Of a stretch of 64,000 nucleotides of DNA, positions 1-8,273 are shown piece by piece. The first letter of the stretch is position 1, and every line of letters starts with the position of its first letter. This DNA is from Polyangiales bacterium. GTDB lineage: Bacteria; Myxococcota_A; Polyangia; Polyangiales; JADJQN01. The stretch is taken from contig CAXNJO010000004.1 in assembly GCA_964202905.1 (NCBI GenBank), forward strand, positions 96,001 through 160,000, in the 5' to 3' direction. The notes beneath the pieces are model-generated. The model was not told where the DNA came from. It saw nothing but the letters and a program-made list of their open reading frames with translations, and made no database searches. Both the position numbers and the translations under genes were made by a program.

Positions 1-1
1 C

Positions 2-391
2 GTGCGCGGAGGCGTCGAGCGCGGCGGCGAGGTTCGAAAGCTTCGGGTTCAGACCGTAGTTCGGGTCGGAAAGCACGAAGCGCACACGCCGCTCGGGGTA
101 CTGCTGCGCGAGCTCTTGGGCGGCGGCGAGGCCGGGGTCGTCGGCGTCCGCCGTCGCGAAGACGATCTCGAGTTCGCCCGGATAGTCCTGCGCGAAGAAC
201 GAGCGCAGGTTCGCGCGCAGGTCTTCTTCGTCGCCCTTGATCGGCTTGAGCAGCGAGAGGGCGGGCCAGGGGCCGTCCCACGCGCGCGGCGAGCGCGCGG
301 TGTGCCGCAGCGTCGCCCACACGCCGACCGCGAAGAAGATCAGCGCCGCGAAGGAGGCGCAGAGCAGCGACCACGCGGCGACGTCAAGCAC
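2..391 (-). CDS. Ceramide glucosyltransferase / HpnI-like glycosyltransferase (GT21), 5' part only, truncated by the window edge
   Basis: Not in the ORF track; translated by hand from GTG at 391. N-terminal TM helix, then PALSLLKPIKGDEEDLRANLRSFFAQDYPGELEIVFATADADDP...GLNPKLSNL, matching the LKP..G / QDYP / NPK..NL motifs of GT21/HpnI. Confidence 0.8.
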   Translation of the reverse strand, partial: MLDVAAWSLLCASFAALIFFAVGVWATLRHTARSPRAWDGPWPALSLLKPIKGDEEDLRANLRSFFAQDYPGELEIVFATADADDPGLAAAQELAQQYPERRVRFVLSDPNYGLNPKLSNLAAALDASAH

Positions 392-447
392 GGCGCGCGG
401 ACGATGTCACGGCGCACCGCAGCGACGCAACGGCGCGCCTGGCCGCG

Positions 448-657
448 TCAGCCGACGTCGTCGAGCGCGAGAGAGGCGAGCGCGAGCGCACGCGCCTCCA
501 CGAGCTCGGACTCCGACTCGGGGACGCGCGCGTACGCGGCTTCGTATTCAGCGATGCGCGCATCGCGCGAACGGGAAGTGGGCTGTGCGTGTACCTCAGG
601 CGCGGCTGCGACACCGCGGCGCGACGAAGCGTGGTTTCGGGGAGCGCGGGGCTTCAC
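448..657 (-). CDS. Small hypothetical protein (69 aa)
   Basis: GTG at 657 overlaps the stop of the upstream lipoprotein gene (GTGA). The C-terminal half looks helical and acidic (RIAEYEAAYARVPESESELVEARALALASL). Confidence 0.35.
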   Translation of the reverse strand: MKPRAPRNHASSRRGVAAAPEVHAQPTSRSRDARIAEYEAAYARVPESESELVEARALALASLALDDVG

Positions 658-1154
658 GGACACGCGTTCCTGCACGCGCGATGCTCAGCGTCGCAGGCGG
701 CGCGGCAGGGGGGCGGGTCGGCGTCGTCGCAGCGCGCGGCGCACGAGGCGAAGCGCGGGCCGCACACGGCGGCACAGCCCGTCGCGCCTTCGTCGCGCGG
801 TGCGGCGGGCGTCGCGGTATCGGTCGTCGATGCCTCGGGCGAGCCTTCTGCGTCGGAGGTGGGCGCGTCTGTGGCGAAGAGCGGCTCGGCGGGCGCGCCG
901 TCCGCACGCAGGCGGGCGCGGGCGTACTGCACGCGTTCGGGGGGCTGACCTTGCGTGTAATGCGCGAGCCACGCGTCCCAGCAGGCGCGGCGCTCCGCGG
1001 GGACGACGCGCGCGTCGAAGTCGGCGGCGTAGCAACGCTCGAAATACGCGCGGCTCCGGTGCACCATGCGCAGGCTCGGGGCGCACCCCGCGAGGCCTGC
1101 CATGAGCAGCCCCGCCGCGAGCATCCCGGACCCCCACCGCGCGAGGCGAACCAT
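654..1154 (-). CDS. Cys-rich putative lipoprotein
   Basis: Signal peptide with lipobox LAGC; C-terminal CxxxC repeats (CAAVC, CAARC, CRAAC, CRNAC); extended -10-like TGCTATCGT 8 nt upstream of ATG 1154. Confidence 0.7.
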   Translation of the reverse strand: MVRLARWGSGMLAAGLLMAGLAGCAPSLRMVHRSRAYFERCYAADFDARVVPAERRACWDAWLAHYTQGQPPERVQYARARLRADGAPAEPLFATDAPTSDAEGSPEASTTDTATPAAPRDEGATGCAAVCGPRFASCAARCDDADPPPCRAACDAEHRACRNACP

Positions 1155-1707
1155 GCGACGCGACGATAGCACCGACGACGCGCCCCTCGACGCGCCGCGC
1201 GTCCTCGGTCGCAGTGCGCTCCGCGTCGCGGGGCTCGGCACGATCGTCGTCGCGTGGAGCGCGCGCGGCGTGACGACGCTCGATCTCGTCGACGATGCGG
1301 ACGCGGCCGGCGCGGCCGACGCGCTGCCTGCGCAGCTTCGCGCGGTGCTCGAGGCGTACGTCGTCGGGGCGCCCGTCGATCCGGCGCGCGAGCTCGCGGT
1401 CGACCTCGTCGGCACGCCGTTTCAGCGCGCGGTGTGGCGCGCGCTCCGCACGATCCCGCGCGGGACGGTCCGCACCTACGCGTCGATCGCGCAGGACGTG
1501 GGCTCGCCGCGGGGCATGCGCGCCGTGGGCCTCGCGGCGGGTGCGAACCCCGTCGCCATCCTCGTGCCGTGCCACCGCGTCGTCGCGCACGGGCTCGAGC
1601 TCGGCGGCTTCCGCGCGGGGCTTGGGCGCAAGATCTGGCTGCTCGAGCGCGAGGGCGCGAGGGTGAGCGGCGGTCGCGTCGCGCCGGGGCAGCTCGGCCT
1701 GCTCTGA
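1153..1707 (+). CDS. ogt: Methylated-DNA--protein-cysteine methyltransferase
   Basis: GTPFQRAVW...IPRG...TY...RAVG.A...NP..ILVPCHRVV active-site motif; GAGG 6 nt before ATG 1153. Confidence 0.9.
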   Translation: MRRDDSTDDAPLDAPRVLGRSALRVAGLGTIVVAWSARGVTTLDLVDDADAAGAADALPAQLRAVLEAYVVGAPVDPARELAVDLVGTPFQRAVWRALRTIPRGTVRTYASIAQDVGSPRGMRAVGLAAGANPVAILVPCHRVVAHGLELGGFRAGLGRKIWLLEREGARVSGGRVAPGQLGLL

Positions 1708-1789
1708 GGGCTGCCGTGCGCGAATCATCCTGAAAATCAAGGACGCGCGGCCATCACGGTGCGCGCGCCCGAGTCGAGTGAATGGCGGT

Positions 1790-4597
1790 TCAGCCGAGCC
1801 GCTGCTGCGAGCGCACGAGCTGCTCGCGCTGCTCCGAGAGCTCCGCCCGGCGTGCCCGCTCCTTCGCGACGACGTCGGCGGGGGCGCGCGCGACGAAGCC
1901 CTCGTTGTCGAGCTTCTTCGCGATGGCGGCGAGCTCCTTGTCGAGCTTGCCGATCTCGCGGTCGAGGCGCGCGCGCTCCTTCGCGAGATCGACGACGCCG
2001 TGCACGAGCACGCGGCAGCCGGCGGCGACCGCGACGGCGGTGTCGACGGCCGCGTCGCGCGGCGCGCCCGGCGGGGTGACGGTGAGATCACCGTTCGTCA
2101 CCGCACCGGCGAGCGCGCCGAGCCCGGCGGCCCACGTGGCGTGCACCGCGGCGTCGGGCGGCTCGAGCGTCAGCGCGACGCGGCGCGCGGGCGAGACGTC
2201 GTTCTCCGCGCGCACCTGACGCACCGCGACGATGACCTGCTGCAGCGCCGTGAGCGCCTCTTCGGCGGCCTCGTCGCGCAGGCCCTCGCGCCCCGCGACG
2301 GGGTAGGGCGCGACGATGCACGCCGCGGCGTGCCCGGGCGCCTTCGGCAGGCGCGCCCAGAGCTCTTCGGTGACGAAGGGCATCATCGGGTGCAGCGCGC
2401 GCACCGAGCTCTCGAGCACGTGCACGAGCACCGCGCGCGTCTCCGCGACGAGGGCCGCGTCGTCCGACTGCAGCAGCGGCTTGCTCAGCTCGAGATACCA
2501 GTCGCAGAGCTCGTCCCAGACGAAGTGGTAGAGCGCGCCGGAGGCGTCGTCGAAGCGGTAGTCGGCGAGCCCCTGTTCGGCCGCCGCGAGGGCTGCGTCG
2601 AGGCGCGAGAGCACCCAGCGGTTCGGCAGCGCGGTCGCCGCGGGGCGCGTCCCGGTCGCGACGGCGCCGCTCCCCGCGAGGCGGCCGAGCGCGTAGCGCG
2701 TCGCGTTCCAGAGCTTGTTCGCGAAGTTGCGGTAGCCCTCGATGCGCTTGATCGAGAGCGCGATCTTGCGCTGGGCGGGCGCGTAGCTGAGCAGCGTCAT
2801 GCGGAGCGCGTCGGCGCCGTAGGCCGCGAAGCCCTCGGGATACGTCTTCCGCAGATAGTCGAGCCCGGCGGGCTTCGCGCCGCCCGCGGCGGCCTTCTCG
2901 AGGAGCGCGTCGAGCGTCGCGCCGCCGAGTACGTCGATCGGGTCGACGACGTTGCCCTTCACCTTCGACATCTTTTCGCCGCGCTCGTCGGTGACGAGCC
3001 CCGCGAGCAGCACGCGACGGAAGGGCACGTCCCCCATCACCTTCAGGCCCATCACGATCATCCGCGCGACCCAGAAGAAGAGGATGTCGAAGCCCGTCTC
3101 GAGGTCCGACGTCGGGTAGTAGCGGGCGAGATCGGGTGTCTGCTCGGGCCAGCCGAGCGTCGCGAACGGCCAGAGCGCGCTCGAGAACCACGTGTCGAGC
3201 ACGTCCGGGTCCTGCGTCAGCGCGGTGCCGCCGCACTTCGCGCACGCCGTGGGCGCCTCGCGCGCGACGTTCACGTGCTGGCATGCGTCGCAGTACCAGG
3301 CCGGGATGTCGTGGCCCCACCAGAGCTGCCGCGAGACGCACCAGTCCTGGATGTTCCGCATCCAGTGGAAGTACGTCTTCGTCCACTCCTCGGGCAGGAT
3401 CTGCACGCGGCCCTGCTCGACGGCCTCGATCGCGGGGCCCGCGAGCGGCTCCATCTTCACGAACCACTGCGTCGAGATCATCGGCTCGACGACGGTGCCC
3501 GAGCGCTGCGAGCGCGGCAGCGTCATCACGTGCGGCTTGCTGCCCCGCGCGAGGCCGACCTCGTCGAGGCGTGCCTTGACCTGCTTGCGCGCCGCGAAGC
3601 GATCGAGGCCCGTGAACTCGCCGCACACGTCGGTCATCTTCCCGTCGAGGCCGATCACGCCGAGCTCCTCGAGCCCGTGGCGCTTGCCCGTCGCGAAGTC
3701 GCGCGGATCGTGGGCCGGCGTGACCTTCACGACCCCGGTGCCGAAGGCCATGTCAACGAGCTCGCCATCGCAGATGATGGGGATGCGCCGGGTGACGAAC
3801 GGGTGCGTGACGAAGCGGCCGTGCAGGTGTGCGTAGCGGGCATCGTCCGGGTGGATCGCGACGGCGGTGTCGCCGAGCATCGTCTCCGGGCGCGTGGTCG
3901 CGACGACGACCTCGCCGCCGCCCTCGACCTCGTACGCGAACTCGAAGAGCTCGCCCTGCACGTTCTCCTCGGTCTCGACCTCGAGATCCGAGAGCACCGT
4001 GCGCGTCTCGACGTCCCAGTTCACGAGGCGCGTCGCGCGGTACATGAGCCCCTCTTCGTAGAGGCGCACGAAGACCTCGCGGACGGCGCGCGAGTAGCCC
4101 TCGTCCATCGTGAAGCGCGTGCGCTCCCAGTCGCACGAGGCGCCGAGCTTGCGCTGCTGCAGCAGGATGCGGTCGCCCGACTGCTGCTTCCACTGCCAGA
4201 CGCGCTCGAGGAAGCGCGCGCGGCCGAGGTCGTGGCGCGTCTTGCCCTCGGCCTTGAGCAGGCGCTCGACGACCACCTGCGTGGCGATGCCCGCGTGATC
4301 GATGCCGGGGATCCACAGCGTGTCGAAGCCGGACATGCGCTTGTGGCGGATGAGCACGTCCTCGAAGGTCACGCGGCACGCGTGGCCCATGTGCAGCGAG
4401 CCCGTGACGTTGGGCGGCGGGATCGCGACGACGTACGTGGGGCGCGGGTCGCCGGGCTTGCCCGTCGCGCGGAAGAGGCCGCTCTGCTCCCAGACGTCGT
4501 ACCAGCGCGGCTCGGTCTCGCGCGGGTCGTAGGCCTTCGGCATCTCGCCGGAGGTGTCGTCGGAAATAGGCTGGTTCGAGGTATCCGTCGTGCTCAT
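1790..4597 (-). CDS. valS: Valine--tRNA ligase
   Basis: PPPNVTGSLHMGH (HIGH), KMSKVKGN (KMSKS), DVLDTWFSS, C-terminal coiled-coil arm; 935 aa. Confidence 0.98.
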   Translation of the reverse strand: MSTTDTSNQPISDDTSGEMPKAYDPRETEPRWYDVWEQSGLFRATGKPGDPRPTYVVAIPPPNVTGSLHMGHACRVTFEDVLIRHKRMSGFDTLWIPGIDHAGIATQVVVERLLKAEGKTRHDLGRARFLERVWQWKQQSGDRILLQQRKLGASCDWERTRFTMDEGYSRAVREVFVRLYEEGLMYRATRLVNWDVETRTVLSDLEVETEENVQGELFEFAYEVEGGGEVVVATTRPETMLGDTAVAIHPDDARYAHLHGRFVTHPFVTRRIPIICDGELVDMAFGTGVVKVTPAHDPRDFATGKRHGLEELGVIGLDGKMTDVCGEFTGLDRFAARKQVKARLDEVGLARGSKPHVMTLPRSQRSGTVVEPMISTQWFVKMEPLAGPAIEAVEQGRVQILPEEWTKTYFHWMRNIQDWCVSRQLWWGHDIPAWYCDACQHVNVAREAPTACAKCGGTALTQDPDVLDTWFSSALWPFATLGWPEQTPDLARYYPTSDLETGFDILFFWVARMIVMGLKVMGDVPFRRVLLAGLVTDERGEKMSKVKGNVVDPIDVLGGATLDALLEKAAAGGAKPAGLDYLRKTYPEGFAAYGADALRMTLLSYAPAQRKIALSIKRIEGYRNFANKLWNATRYALGRLAGSGAVATGTRPAATALPNRWVLSRLDAALAAAEQGLADYRFDDASGALYHFVWDELCDWYLELSKPLLQSDDAALVAETRAVLVHVLESSVRALHPMMPFVTEELWARLPKAPGHAAACIVAPYPVAGREGLRDEAAEEALTALQQVIVAVRQVRAENDVSPARRVALTLEPPDAAVHATWAAGLGALAGAVTNGDLTVTPPGAPRDAAVDTAVAVAAGCRVLVHGVVDLAKERARLDREIGKLDKELAAIAKKLDNEGFVARAPADVVAKERARRAELSEQREQLVRSQQRLG

Positions 4598-4673
4598 GGG
4601 GGGCGCAGATGTAGCATGCGCCCGCGCTCGAACGACACCGCGCGGCGCCCCGCTGCGCGCGCTGCGGAGGGCT

Positions 4674-5648
4674 TCAGCCCGCGGCCGTGAGCCGCTTGAT
4701 CTCTTCGCGGATGATCGTCTCCGCGAGCTCCGGGACGACCTCCCAGACCACGCGCTCGACGACCTCGCGCGACAGCGCGAGCACGGCCTCGGCCTGCTGC
4801 GCCGTCAGCCCGAGCGCCGCCAGCTTGCCCGACATCGCTGCCGCAACGGCCGCCGAGGCGGGGCTCTCCTGCGGCGCGGGGGCTGCGGTGGCCGGGGGCG
4901 CTGCGTCCATCGGCGCTGCGACCATCGGCGCAGCGGCAGTCGGCGCAGCGGGCGCCGAGACGACGAGGGCCACCGGCGCGGGCACAGCGACGGAGCCCGA
5001 CGTGACGGTCTCGGTTGCCGGGGGCTGCGCGATGGCCGCGGGCACGGGTACGCGCGGCGCGGCCGGGGTCGACGGCGGCGTGATCGGCGGCGAGCCGAAC
5101 GCGACCGTCGTGCGCGGCACGCCCGCGCGCGGCGCGACGACGCCGGGGGGCGAAGGCGGGGTGAAGGGAGCGGCCTGCGTGAGGGGCACAGCCGCAGATG
5201 GCGCGACCGGCCGCGGACCGACGGACGACGCGTCGCGGTAGGGGTGCGGCGGCGCGACGCCGCTGACCGTGCTCGCCGCCGTGCTGCGCGGGGCGCCCGC
5301 GAGGCGGTGAATGCGGTCGATCACGCCCTGCGTGTCGAAGGGCTTCACGATGTGGTCGTCGACGCCGGCCTCGCGGCCCTTCGCCTCGTCGTACGGCGTG
5401 TGCTGGCTCGCCATCACGACGACCGCGGTGCCCGCGAGCCCCGACTTGATCGCGCGGGCGACCTCGTAGCCGTCCATCTCCATGGAGAGGTCCGCGATGA
5501 CCACGTCGGGGCGTAGATCGAGCGCCTTCTCGAGGGCCGCTGCGCCGCCGTCGACCGTGACGACGCGCGCGTCCTCGCCGGCGAAGGTCATCTCCAGGAT
5601 GCTGCGCATGGTCGCGCTGTCGTCGGCGACCAGGATCGTGACCGGCAC
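4674..5648 (-). CDS. romR: RomR-like polarity response regulator (receiver, Pro/Ala-rich linker, RomR C-terminal helix)
   Basis: Receiver domain (ILVADDS...IADL...KPF), low-complexity linker and C-terminal SREVVERVVWEVVPELAETIIREEIKRL; AGGAGG before GTG 5648; adjacent to valS as in Myxococcus. Confidence 0.85.
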   Translation of the reverse strand: MPVTILVADDSATMRSILEMTFAGEDARVVTVDGGAAALEKALDLRPDVVIADLSMEMDGYEVARAIKSGLAGTAVVVMASQHTPYDEAKGREAGVDDHIVKPFDTQGVIDRIHRLAGAPRSTAASTVSGVAPPHPYRDASSVGPRPVAPSAAVPLTQAAPFTPPSPPGVVAPRAGVPRTTVAFGSPPITPPSTPAAPRVPVPAAIAQPPATETVTSGSVAVPAPVALVVSAPAAPTAAAPMVAAPMDAAPPATAAPAPQESPASAAVAAAMSGKLAALGLTAQQAEAVLALSREVVERVVWEVVPELAETIIREEIKRLTAAG

Positions 5649-5685
5649 TCGAGGCCTCCTTGGTGGGGCGGGCGCGCCCCGGACG

Positions 5686-5714
5686 TGGATACGTGAGCGC
5701 GCCGCGAGGGTCAA
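5686..5714 (-). promoter_or_regulatory. Putative sigma70 promoter of romR
   Basis: On the minus strand, TTGACC-17 nt-TATCCA, about 40 nt upstream of the romR start. Confidence 0.55.
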
Positions 5715-5776
5715 GAATTTCAGCGCGTCGCGGCCGTGGCGGGGCACGCCCCCGGCGTGCTATCCGCGTCGGCCTG

Positions 5777-6421
5777 ATGTCGCCCGACACTCCGCCCGCG
5801 CGCACAACCCCTCCACCGATCCGCTACCAGGACATGGCCCCCGCGTTTCCCGAGGGGGAGATCGACCTGGGCGCGCTGCTGCCGGGCGACGGCCCGCTGG
5901 AGCTGGAGATCGGCTTCGGGCGCGGGGCCTTCCTCCTCGGGCGCGCGGTCGCGGCCCCGGGGTCGCGCGTCCTTGGCGTCGAGATCAAGAGCAAATGGGC
6001 GTATCTCGTGGAGCAGCGCCGCATCCGGCTCGGCCTCGGGAATGCGCGCGCGTTCGGTGCCGACATCCGCGAGGTGCTCCCGCGCCTCCGGCCTGACGCC
6101 TCGCTCGCGCGCGTCTTCGTGCACTTCCCGGACCCTTGGTGGAAGAAGCGCCACGCCAAGCGCCGCGTGCTCGAGGACACGCTGTTGACCGAGTGCGCGC
6201 GGCTCCTCGCGCCCGGTACCGGCGAGCTGTTCGTCCAGACCGACGTCGAGGACCGCGCCGCCGAGCTCGTCGCGCTGATCCGTGAGACGCCGTCGTTCCG
6301 GCTCGCAGGCGACGCGCAGGGGCTCGTCGCGGCGAATCCCTACGGCGCCCGGAGCAACCGCGAGGCGCGCGCCGCGCTCGACGGGCTGCCGGTATACCGG
6401 GTGCTCGCGGTGCGCGTGTAG
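5777..6421 (+). CDS. trmB: tRNA (guanine-N7)-methyltransferase
   Basis: LEIGFGRG SAM motif, GVEI, FPDPWWKKRHAKRR, QTDV. Confidence 0.92.
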   Translation: MSPDTPPARTTPPPIRYQDMAPAFPEGEIDLGALLPGDGPLELEIGFGRGAFLLGRAVAAPGSRVLGVEIKSKWAYLVEQRRIRLGLGNARAFGADIREVLPRLRPDASLARVFVHFPDPWWKKRHAKRRVLEDTLLTECARLLAPGTGELFVQTDVEDRAAELVALIRETPSFRLAGDAQGLVAANPYGARSNREARAALDGLPVYRVLAVRV

Positions 6422-6475
6422 CGCGGGCCCCGTGGCGCGCCTCCGCGCGCGCCGTGCGTCGTCACGCGCGCCGCG

Positions 6476-8269
6476 TCAGCCGAGGTGGATCGGCGTCAGC
6501 GAGCTCGGCGCCGGTCGGCCCTGCAGCTCCGCGAGGGCCTCGGCCGGGAGCGGAAACCAGCGGAGTCGCTCGAGGTCCGGCGCGAGCGGCGGCACCGGGA
6601 CGGCGGGCGGCGCGGCCTGGAAGTCGCGCACGGCGGCGTCGAGCACACGGCGCGCCTCCTCGAGGTAGCCCGCGAGCGCCCACTCGGGTTCGGTCACGTG
6701 GCGGGCGCGGTAGGTCATGCGGCCGCCGCGGTAGTGCACGTCGCCGAGGCTGAGCGCGGGGACGCTGCGTCGCGTCGCGTGCCGCCAGGTGCCCGTCGCG
6801 ACGTCGAAGACGTAGTGCGGCAGCAGCTTCCAACCTTCGTTGGCGACGAGGTGCACGGCGGCGAGGAGGTACTCGAAGACCGCCTCGCTGATGAAGTAGT
6901 TGAAGTTCACGCGCACCCAGCCGGGCTTGATCCCCTCCGAGCCCTCGACGATCGCGCACTCGAAGCTCTCCGACGTCGTGAGATCGATCCCGAGGAGACG
7001 ATGCCCGTAGGGGCCCGCGCAGCTGCAGCCGCCGCGCGCCTGGATCCCGAAGAGATCGTTGAGCAGCGCGACGACGAAGTTGTGGTGCAGCACGCCGTCG
7101 CCGTGCCGCACGACGAACGAGAGGATCGACAGGCGCCAGGCGTCCTGGTTGCCGAGGATGCGGAGGTTGGGGTTCGTGCGCCACGACGCGATCGCGCGCC
7201 GGATGAACGACTCCTCGCGGGCGCGGATGGTCTCGTGGCCCACGGCCTCCTTCAGCTGGAAGACGAGCCCCGCGCGGATCGACTCGAGGATCGCGGGGGT
7301 TCCGCCTTCCTCGCGGTGCGTGGGGTCCTCGAGGTAGCGGTGGTGGCGTGGTCCGACGTAGTGCACGGTGCCGCCGCCGGGCATCGTCGGCACCCGGTTG
7401 GCGAAGAGGCGACGCTTGGCGACGAGCACGCCGGGCGTGCCGGGGCCGCCGATGAACTTGTGCGGCGAGAGAAACACCGCGTCGAGCGCGAGGTCTGGCT
7501 CCCCCGGGGGGGTCACCTCGATCTTCACGTACGGTCCGGCCGCGGCGTAGTCCCAGAAGGCGAGCGCGCCGTGCGCGTGCAGGAGCCGTGTGACCGCGCG
7601 GATGTCGGAGCCGATGCCCGTGACGTTCGAGGCCGCCGAGAAACTGCCGATGCGGAGCGGGCGGTGCGCGTACGCGACCAGTTCGCGCTCGAGGAGCGCG
7701 AGGTCGATCATGCCGTCGGCATCTTCGTCGATGGTCACGACGTCGGCGATGGATTCGCGCCACGGGAGCTCGTTGGAGTGGTGCTCGTACGGGCCGATGA
7801 ACACCACCGGCCGCTCGTCCGCCGGGATCTGCGCGCGCAGGTCATAGCGGGCGTCGAGGTCCGCCGGGAGGCTCAGGTTGAGGACGTCGACGAGCTTGTG
7901 GATCGCGCTCGTCGCGCCCGAGCCCGTGAAGATCACGCAGTCCTCGTCGGTGCCGCCGACCGCGCCGCGGATCGTCGCGCGCGCCTCCTCGCGGAAGCGG
8001 CTCGTCTGCATGCCGGTGCCGCTCGTCTCGGTGTGCGTGTTCGCGTAGAGCGGCATCACCTCGCCGCGGATGAAGTCCTCGATGAACGAGAGCGAGCGTC
8101 CGGACGCCGTGTAGTCCGCGTACGTCACGCGACGCGGGCCGTAGGGCCCGTCGATGACGCGGTCGTCGCCGATGATCGACGCGCGGATCTCGTCGACGAG
8201 GCGCTGCGAGGTCGCGTCGTCGTCGCGGGTCGCGGCAGTCGGGGGCGTGTAGGGCGTCGGGGTGTTCAT
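6476..8269 (-). CDS. Class V PLP-dependent aminotransferase (cysteine desulfurase-like)
   Basis: YADYTASG, EHHSN, SNVTG, DYAA, SPHKFIGG (PLP Lys), GGTP, RGGCSCA. Confidence 0.9.
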   Translation of the reverse strand: MNTPTPYTPPTAATRDDDATSQRLVDEIRASIIGDDRVIDGPYGPRRVTYADYTASGRSLSFIEDFIRGEVMPLYANTHTETSGTGMQTSRFREEARATIRGAVGGTDEDCVIFTGSGATSAIHKLVDVLNLSLPADLDARYDLRAQIPADERPVVFIGPYEHHSNELPWRESIADVVTIDEDADGMIDLALLERELVAYAHRPLRIGSFSAASNVTGIGSDIRAVTRLLHAHGALAFWDYAAAGPYVKIEVTPPGEPDLALDAVFLSPHKFIGGPGTPGVLVAKRRLFANRVPTMPGGGTVHYVGPRHHRYLEDPTHREEGGTPAILESIRAGLVFQLKEAVGHETIRAREESFIRRAIASWRTNPNLRILGNQDAWRLSILSFVVRHGDGVLHHNFVVALLNDLFGIQARGGCSCAGPYGHRLLGIDLTTSESFECAIVEGSEGIKPGWVRVNFNYFISEAVFEYLLAAVHLVANEGWKLLPHYVFDVATGTWRHATRRSVPALSLGDVHYRGGRMTYRARHVTEPEWALAGYLEEARRVLDAAVRDFQAAPPAVPVPPLAPDLERLRWFPLPAEALAELQGRPAPSSLTPIHLG

Positions 8270-8273
8270 GGGC

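Noticed and set aside
2..1105. 367-aa Arg-rich plus-strand ORF
   Set aside because: Overlaps motif-bearing minus-strand genes (GT21, lipoprotein); composition is typical of an off-frame ORF.
1778..4690. 970-aa plus-strand ORF, and similar long ORFs at 6485-8323, 8262-10103, 18340-21279, 27392-29137, 43575-45167 and 46748-49777
   Set aside because: Antisense shadows of real genes; stop codons are rare at this GC and codon bias, and the translations have no motifs.
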